64,000 nucleotides of DNA, from the IMG/VR virus record IMGVR_UViG_3300046820_002290, positions 27,973 through 91,972 of that record; one strand, written 5' to 3'. Below the pieces are notes generated by a model. That model had not been told where the DNA came from, did no database searches, and was given only the letters and a program-made list of their open reading frames with translations. A program made the translations under genes and the position numbers. This DNA is from a virus. How positions within the stretch are numbered: the first letter of the stretch is position 1; the number at the start of each line of letters is the position of its first letter. Shown in pieces: positions 18,870 to 27,769 of the stretch.

Positions 18870-18877
18870 GGGTAAAA
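18870..18877 (+). promoter_or_regulatory. GGGTAAAA putative late promoter
   Basis: Exact motif, 31 nt before start. Confidence 0.7.
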
Positions 18878-18900
18878 CCGATTAACCAAGCCGGTAAGCC

Positions 18901-19518
18901 ATGGCATCTCTACGGTCGCAGGAGACCTTACAAAAAGAATACGACCTACAGGCCGAGTACACCACTCGCATTAACCTGGAACTCCAGCGAGGCTCTATTC
19001 CTAACTACAAGGAAACCCTGGAAGATTACGCTGTTTTTGCGAATGTTTTGCGCAAAGTGGCGCCCGAGAAAACCCTCGTTTTACTCCACCCTCGCCCAGA
19101 AATCATTCTGCAAGCCGAGAGCGAAGGGTACGAGGTGTCTTTGTTCATAAGTGGCCGGATTTGGCTCTTTAAGGTGAACAAATCGGTTCACTATATTCTG
19201 CCTCCGGAACTGGCTGCCGGGGCTGGTTTATTGCTTAAGCGTATGTGGGATGCCACTATCCCTTGTCTGCCAGAAGGTTTTATTATTCGTGGCAAGATTG
19301 ATCGACGGGATCCGAAAGAAGAAACCGAAGCACGAACAAAAATCCAGCAAAATCTTGGGTTCTCTCTCCCTCAGATCGATGATTTTGTATATGGGGTAGT
19401 TCGTGATAAAAAACTCCACCCCATTACGCTGGAAGAAGTGATTACGTTGACGGGGGAAGTCCCCGATCACCTGGACCAAAAGTTTAATGTCCGTAAGATT
19501 GATTGGCCGGGAGCCTGA
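18901..19518 (+). CDS. Hypothetical protein
   Basis: 205-aa ORF after GGGTAAAA. Confidence 0.65.
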   Translation: MASLRSQETLQKEYDLQAEYTTRINLELQRGSIPNYKETLEDYAVFANVLRKVAPEKTLVLLHPRPEIILQAESEGYEVSLFISGRIWLFKVNKSVHYILPPELAAGAGLLLKRMWDATIPCLPEGFIIRGKIDRRDPKEETEARTKIQQNLGFSLPQIDDFVYGVVRDKKLHPITLEEVITLTGEVPDHLDQKFNVRKIDWPGA

Positions 19519-19520
19519 GC

Positions 19521-20234
19521 ATGTTTGGTTCTTCTTTTGATTTTAGTGGCGTAACCCTTCCGGGAGTCGGGGGAGGGATCAACGCGAGCAACGCTATCAG
19601 TGGCGAACAGCTCAAGAAAATGAACGACTCCGGTAAAAAATGGCGTCCAGGCCCCGACGGTATGGGTATGTCTCATCACAATGAAAGCATTTTGAAGATG
19701 AATGCAGAGCATCGCGAAAAGCGTGCCAGTCTGGTAAACCGCGATTACAACGAGAACGCGGACAGCAAAGATGCGATGAAAGAAATTTTTGATCGCAAAA
19801 AGTCCAGAATGTCCTCTTTCAAAGAGATGAAACGGGGCGAGTATGGATTCTCCGAGGGCGACTCCCAAGATAGCGAGCTTCTGAGCATGCCCCTCCCCTC
19901 CTTCAAAGATCACACCTGTAAGGGAGCTGGCTGCCCAATTTGCGCCAACAACAAGCAAAAGGATGCAGAGTACCGTGAGTGGTCAACAGAAAAGCGCAAG
20001 GCCCTTAAGGAAGGAAAAGTGAAGGGCTCTTTTGCAGGGCCAGACATGAGCTTCCCCATAGCTAGCCCGGTGGATGTGGCCGCCGCTTGGGCATCTGTGG
20101 GTCGTGCCTCTAACCCCCGCGCAATCATGCGCAATATCATCCGAATCGCAAAACAAAATGATTGGGAGTCGGGTCTCCCGGAATCCGTCAAGAAACGTCT
20201 GGCAGCCGGAGAATCAGGTTTACCAACGGAGTGA
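19521..20234 (+). CDS. Putative head-associated protein
   Basis: C-terminal FAGPDMSFPIASPVDVAAAWASVGRA...IIRIAK...LP module resembles one seen in phage head-morphogenesis proteins. Confidence 0.5.
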   Translation: MFGSSFDFSGVTLPGVGGGINASNAISGEQLKKMNDSGKKWRPGPDGMGMSHHNESILKMNAEHREKRASLVNRDYNENADSKDAMKEIFDRKKSRMSSFKEMKRGEYGFSEGDSQDSELLSMPLPSFKDHTCKGAGCPICANNKQKDAEYREWSTEKRKALKEGKVKGSFAGPDMSFPIASPVDVAAAWASVGRASNPRAIMRNIIRIAKQNDWESGLPESVKKRLAAGESGLPTE

Positions 20235-20237
20235 GCC

Positions 20238-20570
20238 ATGGGGATGGAGCTATTGGGGATTGTTGCATCATTTGCGACAATCGTTTCTGGTTTTGGCTGG
20301 CTCATGGAGCGGAGCGCCAAACGATCTGAACGAATGTTCATGGAAACCCACTCTGCTATCACCAAAGTCGAAACTAACGTTGAAAACATGGAGAAAGCTT
20401 TCACCGATTTAAGGGTGCTTCTACCAACCAACTTCGTAACAAAGCAGGAGCTTCTGCAACATATCCAGGGTGAAGAAGCTTGGCATAACACAACATCTGA
20501 GCGCCTTCGCCAAATCCAAGAGGAAATCCTCGCCTTACGCTATCATTCGAACAACAATGGACATCACTGA
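20238..20570 (+). CDS. Single-TM membrane protein with coiled coil (holin-like?)
   Basis: N-terminal hydrophobic LLGIVASFATIVSGFGWLM followed by amphipathic helix. Confidence 0.5.
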   Translation: MGMELLGIVASFATIVSGFGWLMERSAKRSERMFMETHSAITKVETNVENMEKAFTDLRVLLPTNFVTKQELLQHIQGEEAWHNTTSERLRQIQEEILALRYHSNNNGHH

Positions 20571-21126
20571 ATACGACTGGGAACGTTTGGCAGGCTTAGG
20601 TTTTGCCGAAAAAGCTAAAGAAGGGCTGAAGTCCGCCTGCTGGAAAGGCTATGAAGCCATCGGGATGAAGACCAAAAACGGTCGTAAAGTTCCAAATTGC
20701 GTCAAAGTGAAATCAGACTCAGAGCACGGCGAGGGAGATATTGCCACTGCGGAAATGACTCCGAATTACTTGCCTAAGGAACCAGGAAAAGGCGACGAGA
20801 AAAACCCGCAGATGGGTGAGCAAAAGATTCGTATGCCCCGTATGGAGGAGATTACTAAGTCTTCTAATCGCAATGGGCATCTGGCAATGGCTGCTGCTCC
20901 CAATTATGTAGAGGCCGAGGACTTCTTTGAAGGTATCAACTCCATGGAGCCGAATGCTGCTATGGCAATCAATCAGCTCCGGGTGATGCGGGAAAAGATT
21001 GATATTATGCTTGGCATCCTTTACCCGGATGATAACATGGAGCCTTGGATGTCCACCAAACTGGCAATGAGTGCTCAAAACCTGGCCTCCGTAGCCGACT
21101 ACATGCGTTTTGGAGCAGAAGCATGA
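20557..21126 (+). CDS. Cyanomyovirus-like hypothetical protein (CWKGY...VPNCV module)
   Basis: CWKGYEAIGMKTKNGRKVPNCV and MAINQL...MEPWMSTKL...VADYM modules recognisable from aquatic myovirus proteins. Confidence 0.6.
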   Translation: MDITEYDWERLAGLGFAEKAKEGLKSACWKGYEAIGMKTKNGRKVPNCVKVKSDSEHGEGDIATAEMTPNYLPKEPGKGDEKNPQMGEQKIRMPRMEEITKSSNRNGHLAMAAAPNYVEAEDFFEGINSMEPNAAMAINQLRVMREKIDIMLGILYPDDNMEPWMSTKLAMSAQNLASVADYMRFGAEA

Positions 21127-21257
21127 ACCCACAACTTCACCATAAGTGGAATTCTGAGCGTAATCCTAGCCGAGGGTCAGATCGCGAAGGAGCTCAAATC
21201 CTTGAAGAAGACGTTGCCAAAAACAAAGTAATCTTAAAACAAGACAAGCCGAGATAA
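21123..21257 (+). CDS. Small hypothetical protein (44 aa)
   Basis: ATGA overlap with upstream stop; fills the gap. Confidence 0.4.
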   Translation: MNPQLHHKWNSERNPSRGSDREGAQILEEDVAKNKVILKQDKPR

Positions 21258-21259
21258 CT

Positions 21260-21613
21260 ATGTTTGGAAATTTCCCAGAAGATCTTCTAGATCAGTTCAA
21301 GCGTGATTACGCCGAAAGGCAAGCAATGGCTATAGGCTACCCTCAGCAGTCTTTTGCAGACAAAAGCTCAATGCCCTGTAACAAGCCGCGTGCTGAGACT
21401 CACAACGGCAAATCTCACGTAGTGAAGGCATGTGAAGGCGGGAAAGAGCGGCTGATTCGCTTCGGTCAAGCCGGAGTCAAAGGGTCTCCTAAGAAAGAAG
21501 GGGAATCAGAATCTTACCGTAAGCGCCGTGAGTCCTTCAAAGCGAGACATTCCAAGAATATTGCTAAAGGAAAGATGAGCGCTGCTTACTGGGCTAATCG
21601 AGTCAAGTGGTAA
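21260..21613 (+). CDS. Conserved basic phage protein (RRxSFxARH...SAAYWA family)
   Basis: KSHVVKA...LIRFGQ...RRESFKARH...SAAYWANRVKW. Confidence 0.65.
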   Translation: MFGNFPEDLLDQFKRDYAERQAMAIGYPQQSFADKSSMPCNKPRAETHNGKSHVVKACEGGKERLIRFGQAGVKGSPKKEGESESYRKRRESFKARHSKNIAKGKMSAAYWANRVKW

Positions 21614-21616
21614 CAA

Positions 21617-21624
21617 GGGTAAAA
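21617..21624 (+). promoter_or_regulatory. GGGTAAAA putative late promoter
   Basis: Exact motif, 33 nt before start. Confidence 0.7.
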
Positions 21625-21649
21625 CCCACTATAACGTCTCCGTCCGGCA

Positions 21650-22171
21650 ATGCGAAAGGACTCGATCAATAATGAGGCTATTGAAAAAGCCTATCTCATC
21701 TACAAAGAGCACGGTCATCAAATTGTTGACTACGATTTCTCGCATCCGCCAACTGACTACAAGCGGAACACAGTCGAGGAGCCCGAAGTAAACAGCAAGC
21801 TGCGCGACGCTTTCAACGAGCTTCTTCCCGCAAACGTCATGCAGGGAGACAAGTACGAAGACCTGGAGAAGCAAGCTCATGCCCTCAATCTTCGTATCGA
21901 CAAACAGCAAGACAAACTGCGTGTGTGCCGTATGCGCGGAAACTTCCAAGAGTTTCACCGCTGCATGCAGGAAATGCAGGAAATGATTAAAGAAAAAGAG
22001 CGTCTTGACGCCAAGATGGCAGTAGCAGCCCCTGGCGGCAATGCAGGACAAAAACAAATGGAAGATTACAATCGCACCCACGAGCAAGAAAGTTCCTATT
22101 CCGAGATGGAAGATCTCGGCGCTCAAATTGCTGCTCTCGAGGAAATGCTGCAGGAATATCTCGAGCAATAG
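21650..22171 (+). CDS. Hypothetical coiled-coil protein
   Basis: 173-aa ORF after GGGTAAAA. Confidence 0.6.
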   Translation: MRKDSINNEAIEKAYLIYKEHGHQIVDYDFSHPPTDYKRNTVEEPEVNSKLRDAFNELLPANVMQGDKYEDLEKQAHALNLRIDKQQDKLRVCRMRGNFQEFHRCMQEMQEMIKEKERLDAKMAVAAPGGNAGQKQMEDYNRTHEQESSYSEMEDLGAQIAALEEMLQEYLEQ

Positions 22172-22179
22172 GGGTAAGA
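22172..22179 (+). promoter_or_regulatory. GGGTAAGA variant late promoter
   Basis: One mismatch, intergenic; same variant at 18500. Confidence 0.5.
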
Positions 22180-22224
22180 GTGTAGCAACGTGTCTTCACA
22201 CGCTACACTACTTGCTCTTTAGCC

Positions 22225-25200
22225 ATGTCTGCCACAAAAATTATATTCAAGCGTTCCAGTTTACTTGGTAAGCGTCCAACTGACGCCAACCTGGAGCCAG
22301 GAGAAATTGGCCTTAATACAAACAGTAATGATCCCGGCCTCTTCTTCGAAACGAATAATGGCAGCGTAGTCAAGGCAGGGCCTACCGCTTATTTGGCGGA
22401 GGCACCCACACAAACGCCAGCGCGAGGCGAGCTGTGGGTAGACCGGGATACCAAAGCTATGAGCATCGGTGATGATGCTGGAAAATGGCAAAAAGTTGCG
22501 GCTCCCTACCTTGGTGGAACCGACGGCCTTACCGTGTTTGTGGCACCAGAGTTCCCTAATGCTACGGATTCTCTGGCCAATGATGGTCAAACGGTCCCGT
22601 TTATTACTATCAACCGGGCTATATTAGAAGTAACAAAGAATATTATCCAAGATGCCCTGAGTGGAGTTGCTACTGGCAATAACCGTTACCTTATTATTCT
22701 TGCTCCTGGACAGCACTGTGTGGTCAATCGACCAGGTGTAAGCACAACAAACTTCACTGTTAATTTCTCTAACCCTTATCAAGAAGTCACCCAAGACGAT
22801 CTGGCTCAGTTTAACCCTGAGTCGGTGGGTGGTCTCATTTTACCTCGCGGTGTCTCCATCATTGGTCTGGATCTCAAGAAGTGTGAGATTCACCCCACAT
22901 ATGTCCCCAAGTACACCCACCCCGCGTTCCCGCCTGGATACCGTCAGCAAGTTAACGGACCTGAATATTCCAATCAACCCTTGTCCTCCATCTTCCGGTG
23001 GTCTGGAAACACCTACGTTTCCAACTTTACTGGTCTCGATAAAATTGACTATAGGATTGGAACTCAAGTCTTTAAGCAAGATGGGACAAACTGGGCCATC
23101 ATTAAGACTGAGCGCCCCCACGGTTTAGATTTCAACGATTTTGTACAAATCAATTACACTGATTCCACCGACCAAGCCCCCAATCTTTTCTTGCCAGGAG
23201 CTTACTACGTAAATCCGATCAACAGCTACGAGTTTTTGGTATCTGGCGGACCTTGGGGAGGGGCAAATCAGAATCCAGTGCTGGCGGCCAACATGCCGTC
23301 TTCCTATTTTTCTACCGAAATCGGACCGACATCCAAATTCAGAATCTGGAATATCTATCCTTACTACATTCCTGCTGATGGGGAGAGCTATGAGTTTTCT
23401 TCTTACTCTCACCATCGCCTTAGCTTCATTAAAAACGCTTCCCTTGAACAACTCAATAACTTCTACATTAAGGTCCAGAAGGCTTTCCCCGGTGTCTTCG
23501 GGGGACAAGTTAATACCGATCTTGTTTCTCCTGCCGAGTACGAAATTGTTGCACCCGCAATAAATGATTACCCTAACAACCTTCCTGCCAACAGCACAGA
23601 CAACAGCTCCCCGTATCAGAACTCAGTCAACCATAGGTCTGACTACGGTATGGCAAATGGGGATTATGACGGTAACCTCGTAAGCGGATTTAAGTCGGTT
23701 ATTGTTAACGCTTCCACAGCCGTGATCCTTCAAAAAGACCCGGCGGCTTACTCGATCTACTCCAGCACACCCCAGGATTGGATTCAGCTAACTGAGTATA
23801 CTCAGCAGAGTCTTGGGGGTGCAGATTTGATTACCTCCATCCCAACGCAGAAACAGCTCGAAATTCTTAATAACGCTAACATCCCCAACATTCGCTATTA
23901 TTACACTACTCTCACGGTAACTGACCCAGACTCCGGTGCGCAAAAGAGCATCGGGGTGCCCGACCCTGACAATGACTTCCGTCATTTCGGCTTCCGAATT
24001 GAAGGGCCTAACTCCTACATGCAGGCCCAATCTACTTACACCATCGGTGCTGCTATCGCATGCTGGACAAAATATGGGGCAATCATGTCCCTCACCAACG
24101 CCACTACCAACTTCGGGTCCGTGGCATTCCAGGCCGAAGGCTTTGCGGGTTTGGGCACATTGGGTGGCGCCAATACCATCAACAAAGGCTTCCTGCTTTC
24201 CGGTATCGTTCGCCCTTTACGGTTGCTTGAAGATTCGGTAGTAAGCGATGAGCAGAAACGCATTTTGTTCCTCGGAAGCAAAGTAGTGGGCGTTGGAACA
24301 GACCCCCTGGATCCCGGCGTTCAGCTCATCTACCTGCAACGGCCTTTCGACCCAGCGTCTATTCTACCCTTCTCCCTCAAACCTGGTTCAGCCGTCTACA
24401 CATCAGACGGCGTTTGTAGTTTCCGCGCCTTTTTCGTCACGGACGGTACGCCAACTTGTATTCTGAGTGCAAGTGCTGGTCAAAACCCATACTCGGAGTT
24501 TGGAGCTATCCTTCGCGTGCGGTCTTCAGACTCTACCATCCCCGGCGGAGCGGTAAACAATCTGGACATTCCCTACATTCGGCGCTATGTTGACCCTCGC
24601 ACCCCCGCCGAAAAATCTTACGGGTTTTACACTCAGTCTACTAACCCAACGAGCCAAGCGCCGCAGCTAGGGTCTGTGTTGCGTCTTAACCAGACGGGTC
24701 AAAACCTCTCCAACTCCATTAAACGCAACTTCCAGTTTGACCCTGGCATTTACGGCGGCATTGCGCAAGTTTTCACCGTAGACTATGTGGAGACAGAGCA
24801 GTACTCGGTGTCAGCAAACTTTAATTACAAAGTAGCCGATGCCTCTCAGGCAGTCAATTACGTGGTCTATGCGTCTCTGACAGATGCTACTACACCGTGG
24901 GTTCAATCAGTTCCGTCGGATCCAACAGATTTCACCAGCGATTTTGTCCCTGCGTACAACCCTCAGGGCAGTTACATCACCTATCAAAACAAAAACTACT
25001 ACGCTGCGGAGAACAACCTTTGGACTTCCCTTTACTACGAAACATCCTTTAATGCTCTAAACGGCCCTACGAAGGTTTCCCCTGATAAGAGCGACTCGCC
25101 CTTCGTAATCACTAGCGTCCTCGAAAACGCTGAGCTTGTCGCAGACTCGTGGCAAGGTGTTGTTCCCGACCCTTACTATGATTACTATGTGAATGGGGTG

Positions 25201-27159
25201 CCCGCACCCTACAATGTCAACCTGTCCTACATGCGTGGCGCCGTAGTTCCTTACACAGAATTCGCACCGCAGTTCCAGGTGGATGATGACGACAGCTCTC
25301 CCGATCTAGGTATTATTTTCAAGAGGGAGCCGATAGATGCTTCCCAAACTCCGATGGTGACCGCATCCAAGGTGATGCAAACCGCCATCCCTATGTCTTC
25401 CCCCTTCGTAGCTTCCCCCACCCGTGGGCGTCCCGAGATCATTCAGTTCGAGGTTCTCCAAGTCCAGCAAATCATGCTGCCTAAGGAAGGAGTCAGCATT
25501 CTTCAACTTACTAAAACAGGTGAAGACTGGGTGGAATATGTGCGGGTAGTTTCGGTTAATTCGAATGTCATTCAAGCCATTCGAAACTATTACCCTGAAT
25601 ATTCACAAGGAAACCTCCCGATACAGTGGCCCGCAGGCACTACCGTGAAAGTTTGCGTTAGCACGGGTTATCCGGAGCCCTCTATCTATGACCCCGATTG
25701 GGCTGTAACCAAGGCGACCATGTTCCGCTTCTTCCAGCTGATGGGTTATGCTCCGAGCAAAGTGGCATCTTACTTGACCCCTCGCTACTACGGGGAGAGA
25801 AATCTGCAGATTAACTCTTTACCTTTTTCCCCTATCGGCGGCTACGCAAACATCACCACTGCGTGGCCAATCGAGTTTAACAACCCGTCTGCCATCATCG
25901 CTAACACTCACACCTGGGAGTATGTGGGTTACTTTGATTATTCTCGAGGTCTTCCGAAGTATCAAGTCAATGAGATTTCCAAGAAACTCTCTTACGACTA
26001 TTTATGCACAACCTCCTGGGGTGGCCGTCTTACCGTCATGGGTGCTAATGAGACTGGGCAACTGGTTTTCCTGGGCCCCGTCAGAGAGGCGCTCACAGGA
26101 CAATTCTATGTCACAGAGAGCCCACTCTCGTATGCCGCCGACCGTCAAGTTTACCGCACTCCCGACCCCGTGGCATTCCCCAACCCAGTCTTGGTTTACT
26201 CAGTCGACGACATTTCGGGAGGGTTCAACGGGGTGGACAACACGTTCAACCTTACTCGGGGCGGCTACAACATCCCGACTTCGCAGCTTTCTACTTACGG
26301 TGTGTTCGTCTTCCTCGGCGGCGTGGTCCAAAAACCGGGAGAAGCTTACTCCATTCTTGGCGAGTCCGCTGGCGTCACGATCCCTCGAATCGTCTTTACG
26401 GAAGCCCCTCTCGCTGGCACCAGCTGCGACATTCGCATCGTTTCGTCGGACGACGCAGAAGAGACTGTGGAAGTTGTGCCGTTTGCTTTGAGCCCCGCGT
26501 TTGACGGTGCACAGACAACCTTTGCAGCTGGCCCCTCAGAACCTACGTTATCCAACCTTAACGCTTTTGTTTTCTTGGGCGGCGTTGAACAAACTCCGGG
26601 AGGTGCCCCCCTGCAAAACTCCCCTGCTTACACCATCCTGAGCAATCCCACCTCGGTGGCCTTCACCGGTTCGCCTTCCGCCGGCACAGTGCTTGACATG
26701 CGTGGAATCCTTTCTGGATCCCGTTACCGGAACGCCGGGGTGTCCACTGTGTTCGTATCCTCTGTTGACGACATTTCCACTCTTTTCAACAGCACTCAAA
26801 CGAAATTCCCTCTTACAATTGGCGGCGTAGCACTTGATCCTAATAAAGTGAACGCCCAGAATATGTTTGTAAGTCTTGGTGGCGTCATGCAGATTCCGGT
26901 CACTCAAGCCGGAGACCCACTGGCCGGCCTTGCGTACACCGTTGGCGTGGACTCGGTGACAAATGTTCTTGAGATCACATTTGCAACTCCCCCGGCCATC
27001 GGCACTCTTTGCAACATCAGGGTCATCACCTCTGACGAATTCCTGACTTGCCCGCTTCCCTCTGAACTGCTGGACAACTCCCTGCAGGATGGCCCAGGAA
27101 TCATCATCAATGATCAAAACCAGATCATTTCGATTGATCCGGGATTAATTCAACCCTGA
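22225..27159 (+). CDS. Large cyanophage-like tail fibre/baseplate protein
   Basis: 1644 aa; VFVAPEFPNATDS..NDG..PFITINRA, HTWEYVGYFDYSRGLP and three C-terminal DDISxxFN/FDG...VFLGGVxQ repeats. Confidence 0.75.
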   Translation: MSATKIIFKRSSLLGKRPTDANLEPGEIGLNTNSNDPGLFFETNNGSVVKAGPTAYLAEAPTQTPARGELWVDRDTKAMSIGDDAGKWQKVAAPYLGGTDGLTVFVAPEFPNATDSLANDGQTVPFITINRAILEVTKNIIQDALSGVATGNNRYLIILAPGQHCVVNRPGVSTTNFTVNFSNPYQEVTQDDLAQFNPESVGGLILPRGVSIIGLDLKKCEIHPTYVPKYTHPAFPPGYRQQVNGPEYSNQPLSSIFRWSGNTYVSNFTGLDKIDYRIGTQVFKQDGTNWAIIKTERPHGLDFNDFVQINYTDSTDQAPNLFLPGAYYVNPINSYEFLVSGGPWGGANQNPVLAANMPSSYFSTEIGPTSKFRIWNIYPYYIPADGESYEFSSYSHHRLSFIKNASLEQLNNFYIKVQKAFPGVFGGQVNTDLVSPAEYEIVAPAINDYPNNLPANSTDNSSPYQNSVNHRSDYGMANGDYDGNLVSGFKSVIVNASTAVILQKDPAAYSIYSSTPQDWIQLTEYTQQSLGGADLITSIPTQKQLEILNNANIPNIRYYYTTLTVTDPDSGAQKSIGVPDPDNDFRHFGFRIEGPNSYMQAQSTYTIGAAIACWTKYGAIMSLTNATTNFGSVAFQAEGFAGLGTLGGANTINKGFLLSGIVRPLRLLEDSVVSDEQKRILFLGSKVVGVGTDPLDPGVQLIYLQRPFDPASILPFSLKPGSAVYTSDGVCSFRAFFVTDGTPTCILSASAGQNPYSEFGAILRVRSSDSTIPGGAVNNLDIPYIRRYVDPRTPAEKSYGFYTQSTNPTSQAPQLGSVLRLNQTGQNLSNSIKRNFQFDPGIYGGIAQVFTVDYVETEQYSVSANFNYKVADASQAVNYVVYASLTDATTPWVQSVPSDPTDFTSDFVPAYNPQGSYITYQNKNYYAAENNLWTSLYYETSFNALNGPTKVSPDKSDSPFVITSVLENAELVADSWQGVVPDPYYDYYVNGVPAPYNVNLSYMRGAVVPYTEFAPQFQVDDDDSSPDLGIIFKREPIDASQTPMVTASKVMQTAIPMSSPFVASPTRGRPEIIQFEVLQVQQIMLPKEGVSILQLTKTGEDWVEYVRVVSVNSNVIQAIRNYYPEYSQGNLPIQWPAGTTVKVCVSTGYPEPSIYDPDWAVTKATMFRFFQLMGYAPSKVASYLTPRYYGERNLQINSLPFSPIGGYANITTAWPIEFNNPSAIIANTHTWEYVGYFDYSRGLPKYQVNEISKKLSYDYLCTTSWGGRLTVMGANETGQLVFLGPVREALTGQFYVTESPLSYAADRQVYRTPDPVAFPNPVLVYSVDDISGGFNGVDNTFNLTRGGYNIPTSQLSTYGVFVFLGGVVQKPGEAYSILGESAGVTIPRIVFTEAPLAGTSCDIRIVSSDDAEETVEVVPFALSPAFDGAQTTFAAGPSEPTLSNLNAFVFLGGVEQTPGGAPLQNSPAYTILSNPTSVAFTGSPSAGTVLDMRGILSGSRYRNAGVSTVFVSSVDDISTLFNSTQTKFPLTIGGVALDPNKVNAQNMFVSLGGVMQIPVTQAGDPLAGLAYTVGVDSVTNVLEITFATPPAIGTLCNIRVITSDEFLTCPLPSELLDNSLQDGPGIIINDQNQIISIDPGLIQP

Positions 27160-27162
27160 ACA

Positions 27163-27170
27163 GGGTAAAA
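27163..27170 (+). promoter_or_regulatory. GGGTAAAA putative late promoter
   Basis: Exact motif, intergenic. Confidence 0.7.
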
Positions 27171-27220
27171 GTTGCTATCAACCTTCAGGGTCTACCTGAT
27201 TGTAGTGACATTTAGTCAAA

Positions 27221-27727
27221 ATGGCAACGAACAAAGTTACACCCATTCAAGTCCTTCGGTCTGAAGTCCTTAACAAACGCCCCGATCCAACTAAAATGTT
27301 GGCGGGGCAACCTGCGGTAAATATTGCCGCCGCACAACCGGGTTTATTTTTTGCCGATGACACTGGCAACGCCCTCTTCAAGGTGGGGCCTTGCACTGTA
27401 GGCACATTGCCCCCGAATGACCCTTTGATCGCCCCTGTTGGGGCCCCCGGTAACACGGTTGGAGAACTTTGGTTGGACCTGAACGGAGACCCCCCGTTGT
27501 TCCCAGGCCCTGTGCTTAAGGTCTGGGATGGTGTTAACTGGGTCAACTGCTTCCCGTCGCCAACGATTTACGCAACTCCGATTATCTCAGATACGGCACC
27601 CGCTCTGGTTTCCCATCCAAATGGGACTCTGTGGTGGGACTCAAGTAGCGGTCTCATGTATATTCTTTACCAAGATACCGCTGGAACACGCCAGTGGACA
27701 CAAGTTTCTGGCAACCCCGTGCCTTGA
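27221..27727 (+). CDS. Small fibre-associated protein
   Basis: N-term paralogous to 22225 (RSxxLxKRP...PGLFF...KxGP...GELW). Confidence 0.65.
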   Translation: MATNKVTPIQVLRSEVLNKRPDPTKMLAGQPAVNIAAAQPGLFFADDTGNALFKVGPCTVGTLPPNDPLIAPVGAPGNTVGELWLDLNGDPPLFPGPVLKVWDGVNWVNCFPSPTIYATPIISDTAPALVSHPNGTLWWDSSSGLMYILYQDTAGTRQWTQVSGNPVP

Positions 27728-27730
27728 GCC

Positions 27731-27738
27731 GGGTAAAA
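27731..27738 (+). promoter_or_regulatory. GGGTAAAA putative late promoter
   Basis: Exact motif, 39 nt before start. Confidence 0.7.
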
Positions 27739-27769
27739 CCAATTAACAGGACCCGAGAGCGAAGAACTA

